Of a stretch of DNA of 64,000 nt, positions 49,013-62,919 are shown one piece after another. The translations under genes and the position numbers were made by a program. Each line of letters opens with the position of its first letter. The first letter of the stretch is position 1. Under the pieces are notes generated by a model. It was given only the letters and a program-made list of their open reading frames with translations. It ran no database searches and was not told the origin of the DNA. Origin of the DNA: Hamiltosporidium tvaerminnensis FI-OER-3-3 (taxonomy: Eukaryota; Fungi; Microsporidia); NCBI GenBank assembly GCA_022605425.2, contig JAKIMF020000004.1, forward strand, positions 186,001-250,000, read 5' to 3'.

Positions 49013-49899
49013 AAATTTGGGTTTTTTAAATGAGTAAAAAAAAGATTATTTTATTTTTTTTATCTAAAAAATCACATGTTTTAGTCTTTTTTTATTATTC
49101 AGCGACAAATCAAACAAGCCACTATTTTAAATCTAATATCTAATATAATAACCCAAAACATAAATAATAAGATTTATGTTGAACAATATTTTTCTTGTAT
49201 TGTTCAGGAATAAACTATTCTCAATTTATTTCTAATATGTATTTATTTCATAGAAATGCAATTTTAATATAATGCAGATATAATAAGATAAAAAGGTTTA
49301 ATTTTGCTTTTTATATTTTTTTATAAAACAAATCTTGCTATACTTAAATCAAATAAAACAATTTGTTTTTCGCGTCTCTTTTCCACAAAAATTTTTATTA
49401 AACCTATTTTTTAAAAAGTGATTTTTATTTTTAAGGTCGAATAAACCCAACATAATATGTTTATAAATTAGATGAAATCAACAATGTATGAAATCATTCT
49501 GCCGTATTTTCTGGAAGGCGGTTAAGTTTAAACTAGGTATCTAACAAGAAAATCATCTTCCTGCTAACTGTTTCTTTGTTATTATTAAAATAATCGTTTT
49601 TATAAAAAAAGAATTGTCTTTATTGGTTTTATTCACCTTGGCACCCCTATCTCTCATTACCACATAAAATAAAAATATTATAGCTTTGAGATATAAATAA
49701 TATCACACATTCTTTGACAGTTTATAATATTGTATTTTTATTTGAGCAAATATTTCAAATCATATAAAACTAATAATATATCTGAAACTAACAAAGTAAT
49801 TATGAATAAATTAAATGTTAATAACCAAGGATACAATTATTGGTATTTTGAAATATATAATGGGTAGAAGGAAAAAAGTAGACAGCGAAAATATAAGAA

Positions 49900-52800
49900 A
49901 TGAAAAAATAAAGGCTGTAAACAACTTGGAGAACAGCGCAGGAAGATTTTGATGTGTGATGTAGATGTAGCAATGTTATCCGAGAGACTTCCACATCCAC
50001 CGACCTTCCATAACACCACCCACCAACCACCAAGCCGTAGTTGCCAGCTTAGTCCGTCTGCTTGGTTAACACCATACCCTCGTCTTCTGGTACCAATGCC
50101 ACTGCGTTTGGACCAGCCAACGGCATGACAAACCTCAATACAGATGCCATTCTAGAAGGGAATCGACTGATGGTATTGCACTCAATACTTGACTCTGTCA
50201 CAGTCATAGAGCAAGAATGGCCTAGAACTGCTATTCTAGCAGTGCAAAAGAGGTTTGAGAGAATGCCCAGAAATGGCTGGCCCGCTACTCTGAGGTACTA
50301 TAATGAGAAATTCAGCTACACACTAGATATCGATGCGTTTAAAAAACTCGCACAAAATGAGGCAGAAAGTGAAATAAGGCAAGAAGAGAATGGAGAGCGA
50401 TGTAGAATTGCCACTTGTCTCACTGAGCCATGCACCCTGACTGACACTACGGAGTACATAAACCCGAGAGATAAAGCTTTGAGTAAAATTAAAGAAATCT
50501 CTGGGAAGAACTTTAAAAAAGTGGTGGTCCGAACTCGAAAGCTTTCAAGTGAATCGGTTGACAGTAAATTTTTGGACCTTCTAATCGAATTATCGGTGAG
50601 TATGCTGATTCTTGTGTGCCGATGTCGTTAACGGCAGTGGCACGGATAATACCTGCAGCCCAGGTATGCTATGACGAGGCAACACGCAAAGAAAAGCCTA
50701 GATCCGCTTGGAAGGAAAACATAGAAAGTAAAATTTCTAAGTTAGTACTTTCCAAAGATCTTCTCGAGAAGGCTCGTAAGCAGGAAAAGCACTCCACTTC
50801 GGAAACGAAGAGCGTTAAGAAAATCATGCGAGAGTTTAATTTAAACTTGAGCAGTGTAAATGATCTTTCTGAGGCTTTAGTTAAGAAGAATGAGTCTTTG
50901 AATGTGTACGAGAAAAAAATTACGATGCATGAAAGTAGGAAGCAATTCCGAAAAGAGAATCGTATGTTTGATCTTTTCCGAGGTCGATTTTATCGTGGGT
51001 TATCTGAGCGTGTGGAATCCGAGCATGTGGTTAGTCGTGATAAAAATGTGAGTTTTTGGTCTACAATGTGGAACGAAAATGATGACACAGTCACGTACGA
51101 TGATTATTTGATTCCATTTGTATCAGATAATCATCCGACCACGTTTCCTTTATTTGATGAATTTGTAAATATCAGTAATTGGCTTCCTAATTGGAAAGCT
51201 GCTGGAATTGATGGCATTTACAATTTTTTCATTAAGAAACTTACAACTCTTCACAAATATATTTATGATATTGTGAAAGTTATATGTTTAGAAGGAAAAC
51301 CTCAAGCTGATTGGTTTTACTGCGGGCTTACGTATTTGATACCGAAAGGAATTCCACGAAGAGGCTCTGAATACAGGTCAATCACTTGTATGTCCAACCT
51401 CTACAAGTTAACGACAAAGTGTGTAACAAAGGTCGTTCAACTTGAAGTGGAAAGGCGAGGGTTGCTTGCTGAGAACCAGTTGGAAGCAGTTAGAGGTGTG
51501 CAGGGAGCGAAAGAGCAGGCTCTACTGAATATTGCCCTAAATAAAGAGTACGGAAACAATCTTAAGGCAACATGGATTGATGTTAAAAAAACTTATGATT
51601 CAATATATCATGCTTATTTAACTCAATGCATTGAAAACCTTAATTTACCTGATTAGATCCTGAAATTTATCAAGGTAATTACATCAAAATGAAAAATTGA
51701 TGTATCAGTAGGGCCTGAAAAAATCATGAGCAAGAAGATTGATAGAGGGATTCTGCAAGGAGATAGTTTGTCACCATTGTTGTTTGTTTTGTGTATGGAT
51801 CCATTAAGCCGAAAGCTTAATGAAAAATACACAAAAGTGACAGTACAAACAGATGCAGAATCCCATTCTACTAATCATCTCTTGTTTATTGATGATCTTA
51901 AGCTCCTTGCAAAAGACAGCTCCACATTGAGTGCTATGACAGGCGAGGCAAAGGAATTTTTAGAGGTGATTGGCTTAGAGATTAACAAAGAGAAGTCAGC
52001 CACAAATGATACGTGTTGTGAAGATACTGCTACTCTTCTAAAAGGTATTAGTGTTTACAAATATTTAGGAATAATAGAAGATAGCAGAGGAATTCCAACA
52101 CCTAGCTCATTTGAAGAAGTACAGAGCAAACTTATATCAAGAGTTGAAAGACTTTGTCACACTAGATTAAATGCAAAAAATTTATTTTCTGCAATCAATC
52201 AACATGCGATATCGTTAATCAACTACCACATAGGAGTACTTCGACTATAACCGGCTGGCTTCTCTAAGTTAGATGATGCAATGCGTGCGGTGTTGGTGAA
52301 GAAAAAAATACATCTCCGCCCAGGATGTAAAGAGCGTTTATACCTTCCTAGAACAGAACTTGGAAGAGGCCTACATAGTGTTGAGTTGCGAAGCGAACAT
52401 ATGCTTCTGCAACTCTCGGATTGTCTTGAAAAAAAGTAAAGAAATATCAACTAGACGAGCAGCAATACTCAAGGATGAGAATAATAATAAAACCCATCTT
52501 GCACTAATAAAAGGCTTCTTAAAAGTAAAGTACAGGTTGGTAGAAGAAGTCACTAAGAAAAGTTTAGAAGAAGCTCAACTTGCAAAACTATATAACGAAA
52601 TAGAAAAACGAAAACTCCATTCAAAGTTATATAATGCAAGGAAAAATGAGCTTGTGAGTGTTAGTGACTCTTCAAGATGGCTAAAGAGAGGAAATATTGG
52701 GCCACGAAATGAAGCTGTATTCTGCTATATCCAGGATAGAAATGTATTCTGGGGAGCAGATGGTGTGTGTCAACATTGCGGGAAGTCTGGTAAGACTGTA

Positions 52801-53650
52801 GATCATCTAGCAACTCGATGTGAAAAATGCTAGGTCATGATTACACTAGACGGCATAATGAAGTGGTTAGATACCTACACCTTCTTCTTCTAAATAGATA
52901 TAAGTTTAAGTCTTCAAAACGAATAAGGAGCCACTCAGTTTAAGAAATTCTTGATAATGAGTATGCAGAGATAAGAGTGGACACCAGAATTAAAACTGAT
53001 GTTAAAATTCGGAATAACAGACCCGACATATTTATTTTAGATAAGAAGAAGAATAAGATAACACTCATTGAAGTAGGAATCACTTCCCAAGATTCACTTC
53101 AAATAGTTGAAACAGAAAAACTTAGGAATTATGACCTGCTAGCCAATGAATTGGGTCTTATTTATAAGTGTAGTGTTGAGATAATCCCTTATGTGATGAC
53201 CTGGGACGGTATTGTGACAAAATACCATAAATCTCATCTTAAAAGACTAGAAATACCCATGAATTTAGAGGCATACATTCAGTCTATAGTACTTAAAAAG
53301 ACAATCGAAACAATTTCCTTTGATCGACGAAGAGGACTTCTGTCAGGACTAAATGCCGAAGAGAGCTGGGAGAGAGCGTCAATGAGTGTTATTATGAGGT
53401 CAGAGATGCATGAGGAACCAATACCCCCTTTAAAAGAAGCGAAAACAGAGGAAGATGGTGCAAAAAACTTTAAACCAAAAAAATAAAGCACCCCTTATTT
53501 CACAAGGAGGAACCACTTTAAAGGAACCAACCAATAACATAAATAAAGAGTCTGATTTGGAAGAAGAGACAAAAGTGGTTAAAGAGGTAGAAGAAAACAT
53601 GTAAAAAATGGTAAAAATATTTTAACCCAGAATTTTATTAAATAAATAAA
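49900..53650 (+). mobile_element. Near-full-length non-LTR retrotransposon, RT plus restriction-like endonuclease (R4/Dong-like), inactivated by stops and frameshifts
   Basis: Consecutive ORF pieces 50062-53486: KAAGIDG, YRSITC, WIDVKK.YDS, GILQGDSLSPLLF, LFIDDLKL, YKYLG, CQHC..TVDHL...C, RHNEV, RPD..IEV..K...Y; tail ttattaaataaataaaa; 5' boundary approximate. Confidence 0.93.
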
Positions 53651-56600
53651 AATTTAATCTATAATTAATTATATATGAAAAATATCGAAAATTATGTTTA
53701 TAATGTTGCATAAAATATTTAAATACCAGATTTTTATGTATAAAAAAGAAATTAAATTATTCTAATGGCTATAACTTTTGAAATGATTTTGCTTTGGATT
53801 AAAAGTATGTATAGTTAAAATATTCACCCAAATATTTAGAAAAATGTATTTTAAGATCAAAAGTATATATCTTGTACGTATTAGAAGCTTTGTAGTTAAA
53901 ATTTGTTTCAAAAAACAGAAATTGTTCGACCAAACTCTTGGTAAGCTATAAATGTCGTTTTTTAAGTACGAATAATAGATTTTTTAGTTCCTGGAATATA
54001 TTTTTTTTTATTAGAAGCCAAAATTTAGACAAAAATTTAGTTTATACCCAATAAAATAATAGACTTTTGGTTTCAGAAGTAATTATTCATGTTAAGAAAA
54101 TTTTCAAAGATTAATTATTAAATATCTACGTTGTTACTAAATCACTTATCGCTTGAAAAATACCATGACACAATTTAATTGCTTTTATTCGTATAATTAT
54201 GAAAGTAACAGGTTATATGTATTTAACGTTAAAATTAGACCTATATTAAAAGATGCTAAATTAAAAAAAACAAGAACTTCTAAGAATAATAACAGACCAA
54301 AACTTCACAGTTTCAAACTATCAAATAATATCGAAAATTTCGTAAAAAAAACACTAGATCTATATATTTGCTAAAAAAACAATTCTATTTATGAATTGCT
54401 TCTTTTGGTTGATATACAACTAGAGTACAAATTATACAAGAATATATAATACCTTCGACATATTCTTTAAGCTCGTTCATGAAACATTTTTTTCAAAATT
54501 AGGTTTTCCACCCAAAACAACAAGAATCCTCTAGGGCATATATTTTTTTAAACATGTTTTTATGAAAGATAGATTTATTTAAAAAGTATGATGTCCCGAT
54601 ATCCCCCAAAAAAGAATTATTTTAGATGAAAAAATGATGCCTTATCTATAAACAAGATAAAAATGCATTTTTCCTCTAAATATCACCTTTAAACAGTAAA
54701 GACAAAAAATACTGTCTCTATATTGCTTAAATGCTATATAACATTATTAATAGTATAAAAAGTTTTTACTTTATAAAAAAATAGAATAATAACGAATATA
54801 AAAATAAGTGTAAAGCTTCAGATATTATCGTTTTGTCTTTTTTTTTCTCAAATAAGAACACGGAATATCATGTATGTTTTTGTTTATAGCGTAAGTAACC
54901 AAATTAGGATGTTTATAGTTAAATTATAATTTTTTTTTGGAAATTTCACCCGATAAAATTATTTACAAATCGCCCAATTTAAGTAGTATATATGATGTAG
55001 GTGATTTTAAATATGAATTTGTAGTATTAAGTAAAAAAAATATTTTTTAATCGAACACAATATTAGGATCGATTCCACCAAAATTTTAAATAAATACATG
55101 TTTTCTTTACATATATTCTTTTTACATTATATTGTAAAAGTAAAATAGTTGACAAAATATAGTAAACTACCAAGCCGTAAAAGATTTATTCCTATATTTA
55201 TTTTTAAAATAGAAATCCAAAGTGTTTTCTTGCTGTATAATAGATAAAAAAATCACAATGAACTACTCTTTTTGAGAAAAACTTTAACATTTTGCAGACT
55301 AAAGCAATAGAATTGAAAGGCCGATTTCAATTTTACAAATCCAAAGCATATAGGCTTCTAAAAGATTAACTATCATCTTTATAGTTTTTTAACAAAATCA
55401 AATATGTAAAAAGTATTTTTCAATTCTTAGGAATGGTTTAATTTACAAAAATTTAAATAAAAAAGTTAAAATTTCAACAAATGAATTTTCGTGATTATAA
55501 TTTAAAGAATCGATATTTTGCAGTATGTGAAAAACTAGTAAAATACTAAATTATAGCTATATTTTTAATTCTTGAATAATTAATAAAAACAGAATTTAAA
55601 AGAAAAGAAATTTATATCGGTCTACAACCAGAAAGTATTTAATATTATTTTACAGATGCATATCTTAAAAAAAGTGGTTTAAAATATAAGTCATGTTAAA
55701 TAATAACATGATTTCGCAGTTCTGCACTTTATTTCTTAACCTAGTTTTTTTTCATTTTTTGTAGTAGAATTCTTTTTTATATCAAATGGAAATACTAATC
55801 AGTCTTTAGCAAAGACCAAGAAAACCACAGACTCAATTATTTTGAAATATATTTATTAGTTTAAATATTACTTTTAAAATGTCAAGATATATGTTCATAT
55901 CGATATTTCAAGAGATATTATGACGTATTTTTGATAATCCTAACTAAGTAAACTTCAATTTAATATTATATTAGTCCTTCTTCAGACTACATCAAAAACT
56001 TTTTAAAAAATTCATTGATCTAAAAATCTCTTACTTGGTAAATTTTTAAAAGTTTGAAAAAAATATAAAAAAAATATGTATGATAATAAATCAATCCACA
56101 TTTTTGATATATAATTGTTAATATGACTCTTCATGCTTCCGGATAAGTTTTATTCAGATTCAATTAAAAATCTTATCTAAAGTAATAAATTTAGTTCCAA
56201 CATATATATATTTCCAATCTACACTCTGATTATTTAAAGCCTATTTTATCAATTTTTGAGCTATAAAAACACCAGATATGGTTTAAAATTCAAATTTATA
56301 TTAATTCCAGTTATAAATCAAATCAGTATAAGAAAATCCTTATAGTAACCAATCGATCTAAAGGTTTACTTTGAAAAACGAATGTTTTTGATTTAAATTC
56401 AAATAAAAATACACGGAAGACTTCTTTTCTTCGAAATAAAAAAATTTTTGTGTCTGTATAAACACATCTTTTCGTTATTTTATAGATCTATTGGGTCTTA
56501 TTAAAAACCATTCATGAAAAATTCATATTAATCAAGCAAGATATAGAATCTGATTTTCTCATAATTCTTTAATAATCTTATAGCAATCTACTTTAAGCAG

Positions 56601-57136
56601 ATAATAACCATCTGTAACCACAAAAAAAATAGTAGAATCTATACTATTTAAATTATGAATCAATGTGTGCTTATTCTTTAAATATTTTTTCACATTACTT
56701 GAATAACTTAATTTTAATTTTGAAAATCTAGAATTCAATTTTTATTAAATAATTAATTTCGTCAAAATATATATAAAAACAATCTTAATCCATAGACTTT
56801 AAATTCAACTTCAAAACATATGTCAAAAGATAAGCAATCTTTTTGTTAATAATTAAAAAACAAAAAATTGAATTTAAATTTGCTAAAATTTATACCAATT
56901 TTAAAATTTTACTTAGATTATATCTATATTTTTTAAAAAATGTATTTTAAAAATAAAAGCAAAATAAATTTTAAATTTAAACGAATTTTTTTAAAAATAT
57001 ATCCATTTACAATCATTTTCAAGAAATATTTTAAATTTTTCTTAAATGAATTTTATAAGGAATAAAGAACTTAAAAACAAATACAAATATCACAAAATCA
57101 AGACAAAATAATTCTTGAAAATTACAATTTTTTTTA

Positions 57137-58453
57137 CTATAAAGTTAGTTTAATTTTTTTGTTTAAATGAACAATATTAGAAATTATTTCTATATTTGGT
57201 GTAACATCTTCGGAAAAGCCTATAATAATATTACGATCGTTACCAATAACTTTATAAACACCAGAAACATTTTTTTTAAGAAATCTTATGAACTTACCTG
57301 ACTTCAAGTCGTACATTTTTACATTATAAACAGTAGAAACGATGAGAAGATCACATATTACAAACATGGATGTTATTTGTTCATTTTCTGATATTTTATA
57401 AATTAGATTTCCTGTCATTATGTCCCATTTACATACATAGCCATCAGCTCCTGATGTAATAATATATTTTTCGTATTTTAATTCTTCTTTTATACCGTAA
57501 ACTAAGAATAGCCAAGCCACAACCAATCTATGTGAACGTAACACCGCAATCAAAACCCCATCTATTTTAGATAAATTTATTGTTGCATCTTGACTTCCAG
57601 ACGCAATATAATTTTTTCCAAGAACCACAGAATATACTCTATTTGAATGTCGAGCCATTTTTTTTATAGTTTTTCCATTTTTATAATCCCACAAGATTAC
57701 ATCACCATCGTACGATCCCGAAAGTAAAAATTTATCGTTTATGTCCATACATCTGACACTAGCAGAATGTCCAGAGAGAATATGAAGACAATCTCCTTCA
57801 TAATTCCAAACTCTTATATCAGAATCTCTAGATCCACTAATTATAAGTTTTTCATATATTTTTAAACATCTTACAGTTGATCTATGTCCTGTAAGAACTT
57901 TAATAGTCCACCCAGTAGAAATATCCCATATTCTAATACTTTTGTCTGTACTTCCGCTGATCAAATATTTTCCATCCGAACAGAAACACCAGACACCACC
58001 CAAATGACCAATCAATGTTCTAATATATATTCCATTATAAGAAAATATTTTTATGGTTTGATCATCAGATGAAGAGATAACATATTTATCAGTTGAAACC
58101 ATTTGTGTGATATCAGTTTGATTTGTAACCACACAGCATCTTCTTTCATCCGTTCCTTTTTTCCAAGATTGTTTTAAGTATTTGTTTTTTCTAATAATTG
58201 ACAAAAATTCTGTATTTGATCTTAAAAATGGAAGTCCATACGGTTCACATTTATTTTTCCATAAAAAATAGCAGTTTCGTATTTTATTTAGATATTCTTT
58301 TGAAACTAAAAGCATTTTTTTAATTTGTGTAAAGCCCATATGCATTAAAATTGAGGATAATACTTCGTTTGGAACTTCTTTACAAATATTTATACGCATT
58401 TTCTTTGCAAATTTTTTGTTAATTAACACGGAATCTTCTGTAGTTTCTGGCAT
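57137..58453 (-). CDS. CDC4: F-box/WD40 protein, Cdc4/FBXW7-like
   Basis: F-box VPNEVLSSIL...VSK...LWK; WD repeats GHLGGVW, SGSTDKSIRIWD, GHRSTVRCL, SGSRD, GHSASVRC, SGSYD, HSNRVYS; CCC precedes the ATG at 58453 (the ORF extends to 58483). Confidence 0.9.
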   Translation of the reverse strand: MPETTEDSVLINKKFAKKMRINICKEVPNEVLSSILMHMGFTQIKKMLLVSKEYLNKIRNCYFLWKNKCEPYGLPFLRSNTEFLSIIRKNKYLKQSWKKGTDERRCCVVTNQTDITQMVSTDKYVISSSDDQTIKIFSYNGIYIRTLIGHLGGVWCFCSDGKYLISGSTDKSIRIWDISTGWTIKVLTGHRSTVRCLKIYEKLIISGSRDSDIRVWNYEGDCLHILSGHSASVRCMDINDKFLLSGSYDGDVILWDYKNGKTIKKMARHSNRVYSVVLGKNYIASGSQDATINLSKIDGVLIAVLRSHRLVVAWLFLVYGIKEELKYEKYIITSGADGYVCKWDIMTGNLIYKISENEQITSMFVICDLLIVSTVYNVKMYDLKSGKFIRFLKKNVSGVYKVIGNDRNIIIGFSEDVTPNIEIISNIVHLNKKIKLTL

Positions 58454-59789
58454 TTTGATGTTCAAAGGGTGTTTCTGGCGCATTAAAATAATTCTTAATG
58501 CTAGAAACTTTTTTGTTTTATAAAATATTTATTTACATATTAAAAACCAATAAGATGGGTATAAAAAAAATTTACAGTATAAATTTCAAAAAATTTACAA
58601 AGAAACGATGCTGATGAATTGGATAAGGGGAAAAGATGTGGATTTTTGCAAAAAAATAACGAAATTAACACCTTTATCTCTCTACACACAAACAAACAGC
58701 CACCATGAGGTCAGATTGCATGAAATTCAAAATCATATGCTTAAGATTCAAGTTTCGTCAAATAGATCACCTCTCTCTTCGGTTGAAGTCTATGCGTGGT
58801 AGCGATCGGTATCATGTAAAACTTATGTACTCTAATATCCTGGATGAAATTAAGCCAATATACTTCAAAAACACTCGATTTTATACAGCTGAATCTAAAA
58901 AATCCTCAGTTGTTTTTCATTACACTACAGATAAGATTTAGAAAATATTTCTAAATATCTGGATTAAAACTTTGGAGGTACGATAGTGAAAAATTTTGCA
59001 GTGCCGTAACACTGATATGTTGAAGATTTACTGAACATAACGGAAAGAGGAATATTGTCGGTGAAAGAGCACGTATAGTCACCACATTTCTAACTGAACT
59101 ATATTCTTTAGTTAGATTATCTAGTAAATATACCTTGATGATAAGCATTTGAATAAATTAAATGATTTTAATAAAGAAATAAAACTAGATTTTCGAAGTA
59201 TAAAGTTACCAAACGATTTTTTTGGATCCAAAAGCATTGAACTATAGTGATCTAAGGACATGTGGATACGCAGATTTCATTGTTTCGGGATTAAATACAA
59301 ACCCCCATATCATACAGGCCGTGTAGGTACTTTATAAAGCAACAACCACAGCGAGAATTCTAGATTCGATTATAAAGAAACACCGAGATAGTAATTTCAA
59401 AAGTTTTTGCAGAGAATTAATGCTGCCGAACCCTCTGTCTATAAGTTTAATTTCTAAAAAACCATGCGAGCAGTTTAATTTTAAATTAGGCAGTATAAAT
59501 GATCATTCGAAACCAAATTTAGATGAAGGAGTCTTCAAATTTTTAAGCTAAAAATAAATTTTCGATGTATATATATGGAAAGACATACAAAAAAGACATC
59601 GTATGCTCGAGCTATCGGTTTCGATTTTATCGCTATCTGGCCGTATTCAATGAGACAATCTTGTTGATCGTAATAAAATTGAAATATTTTGTTCACAATA
59701 CGGAATAAAACGATGAAATAGAACCCTATTATAATTACCTTGTACTTTTCGTTCCGAATATATTTCAAACAACTTTCATAATTTAATTA

Positions 59790-61500
59790 TTTTCAAAATA
59801 TCAGTAAATTTGTTGATCAATCTTAAAGCAGCTGAAATATATTTTTTTAAAATTGTTTAATCAAAAACTTATACTTTTCATAAATGTATGCATTATATCA
59901 GGAATGTCATAAATTTTGAAGAAGCACCCAAAACTGGTATGTTTTACAACCGACCGTGCATCTGATCTTGAGAAAAACTTTAAGACGAGACTTTGATTAC
60001 AGATAAATTTCCTATGCCAAACCCTATAAGTTAATGAAAAGTTTGTGACAAAAATCGTTCAACTTAAAGTGGAAGGCGAATCTTTTGGCAAACATCAGGT
60101 TAGTTCAATGAGAAGAAGACAAAGACCAAAAGAAAAAAGTTTCATGTAGGTTGTTCTTAATATAGTGTATGCGGAATATATTAAGCTAAAAAATGTTACA
60201 TAAAGAAGCATGTTATTTTATAGATTAGTCTTATTTCTTCAATACATTAAAAACCATGATTAATATGATCACACCCTGAAATTTATTAAAGTAAATTAAT
60301 AAAAATAGAAAATGTATTTACCATATAGGTTGAAAAAATCAATAATAAAAAATAAAGATTAAAATGCAAAGAAAAGAACTGAAGCATTCGCTCTTTATGG
60401 TGTATATGACCAATTGATTCAAACTCAACGAGAAATACAGCAAATGGACAAACCTACAGATGACACCTCTTACATTAAAATTTATTTCTTGTTCCTTATT
60501 GATTCTTAGACACTTTGTAATATACAGTTGAAAATTAAGATCTTTGATAGGCGATATAAAAACCTCTAAAGATTATTAAACCAGAAATATAGAGAGAATT
60601 CTGCCACGAATGAATCATGTACGGAATACTTCTAATGTTTAAGAAGATGTCAGTCCGTGGGATAAATAGAGATATTTCAGTCCCAACTGATACTTGATGT
60701 GAAAATTCTGCTACTCCTGGAGAAAATTTAGTGTTTAAAAACATTTAGGAATATTAGAAGATAGCAGAGTTTATTTTGGAATGTAGCTCAATCTAAGAAA
60801 CACAAACCAATCCTATAGCGAATGGAAAACAATCTCACAATAGATTGCATACAAAAATATTATTTTTTACAATCAATAATTACGCAATATCATTGATTGA
60901 CCACCACTTCGAATAACTTCTAATTGAAGAGCTGAATTCACAAAGTAAGATGCAGCAGTGTATATTTTTTGGGTAAAAAATTAAGAAAACACAGATCGGG
61001 TTGTAAAAAAGTCTGTATATTATAACAAAAACCTAAAAGCGGTCTCCTCGGTGTTTAGTTTCGAAGCGAACATTTACTTTTGCAACTATTGGATTATATA
61101 AAAAAAGTATATCTACATCAACTAGGAAAAAAAGAATTCTTTGGGCAGAAAAGGCAAACCAAATAAATCATGAATTAATATAAGACTTCTCAAATGTAAA
61201 ATGCACGTTGTTAGATGCAAACGAAAAGAAATAAGAAAAGTTACTCTTGCCAAATTTTATATGAAACAGAACAAACAAACCTTCTATAGAAGTTAAATAA
61301 TGTAAAAAAAGCATATGATTTTAAATGACTATTCAGACGATATAAGAAAAGGAATATGTTGCATGCACGAAACAGCATTCGAATATATCCAGGAGAAAAA
61401 TGTATTTTCGGGATCTGAAAATATATATCAACACAGCAATAAGTCTCGTAAAACAGTAGAATTTGAAGGGACTCGATGTATGAAAGAGCTTAACTATGAA
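59790..61500 (+). mobile_element. Old degenerate internal fragment of the R4/Dong-like LINE
   Basis: Collinear matches to 51165-52830 (tcgttcaactt.aagtggaa; atttaggaata.tagaagatagcagag; cgaagcgaacat; tatatccagga..aaatgtatt). Confidence 0.8.
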
Positions 61501-61839
61501 AAAACTTGTCGGTGGATGAAAGTGATAGATGCAACCACATGCTCATTTGTTGCAGCCTTCTTATACATCCTAGTCTGGGTGATACACAGCTGGAATGCTA
61601 AATAAATTTGCTGATTGATGTTCTAGCATAGCCCGCATCTATTTATTTGCAACGAAAATGCTGTTCGCAGAAGTCAAACCTTTTTGAAATCCACAGGTTC
61701 TTATGTTTTTTTATTCAAATCATTTATTTGACGTTCACTAATTCATAGTCGATTTCTACTTTAAGTAATTAAACTTTAAGACATTCTTTCATTTTATCCC
61801 TTGTTCCTTTAATTTTGTTATCATTCCGAATTATGTTAA

Positions 61840-61955
61840 GTTGGTCATAGATCTGGTGTAGTTTATATCCCACTAAAACGCTAACAATGATTTTCACAGA
61901 TATTTTACGCAGTCATTGGTAAGCAGATGATTTTCAATAGGGTTGTCTTATCTCT
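61840..61955 (-). repeat. Degenerate family-A head fragment
   Basis: tcccactaaaa..aacaatgatt.tcaca..tcattggtaagcag resembles 20030-20115. Confidence 0.55.
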
Positions 61956-62919
61956 ATATAGCATGTACCCAGCGTTTAAAATGTATAAATTCAATTATAC
62001 AAAACCAATCCGGTGTCATTCTGTTCAAGATAATTATTAAAACGTGTATCTGAGATTACGATTGATTGCCAGAACAAAACTTGACGGTAAATTTCGTAAA
62101 ATACACCTGACTTTTTTTATTACAAACAATGGCACAATAAGATGCTCCAAACAAATTTGGAGTTCCTTATAAGCCATGTTTCTTATGTTCAAACCAAAAA
62201 GCCAAACTAAAACAAATTTTTAGCCACCTAGATAGGCTTTTTTATTTAGCATCGCAGTTCTCGCATGATTACGTGAGAAATATTATAATCAAAAAAAATG
62301 TACGTTCCAAACTACTGATCTGCTATAAAAAAAAGAATACATCAATAAAAAGTACGCAAATATTCTGCCAAAGTAATATTTTTATTACACAGAGAGAATA
62401 TAAAGCAAAAAAAATCCGGCTTAGGTCAAAGAAGAGCATATAGAGACCCGTTTTAAAATCAAAACACCCCAACAAGTATCTAAAATACGCATTGATTCTA
62501 TTAAGAAGAGGCTGTTAAGTATGTGAACAACAAAATGCGCGGCTCCAACGAGGTATAAAATTTACCGACTCAAAGCTCTAACTTAAATATTAGAAAAAGA
62601 GTAAAATATCTAAATAAATTTTTGTGGGTATAAAGAGTGGAATTATGCAATTAAAAACAAAATCGAATCAATTTATTTAAATAAAATATATTTTATTATC
62701 TACTACTTAAAAAGGTATTTATAAACCACAATCAAATATATTTTTTTCGAATTTTTAAATTTTTCACTCAGTTATTTTTAAAGGTAGAGAGTTCGGGCTT
62801 GTTTCATGCTAAATTGTATTTGATAAAGCCCTTATTCACTACTTTTATAAATACATTGTTCCGTTTAAATATCGCTTTGAGCTCTATTATAAAACTACAT
62901 ATTTTTTTTCTCTTCTATA

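Larger units (their letters stand above)
45293..49116 (-). repeat. Inverted segmental duplication, arm 2
   Basis: Reverse complement of 14168-17983. Confidence 0.95.

Noticed and set aside
16785-58483. RBX1 x2 plus Cdc4-like gene as an SCF gene cluster
   Set aside because: Separated by more than 10 kb of unrelated DNA; compatible with chance
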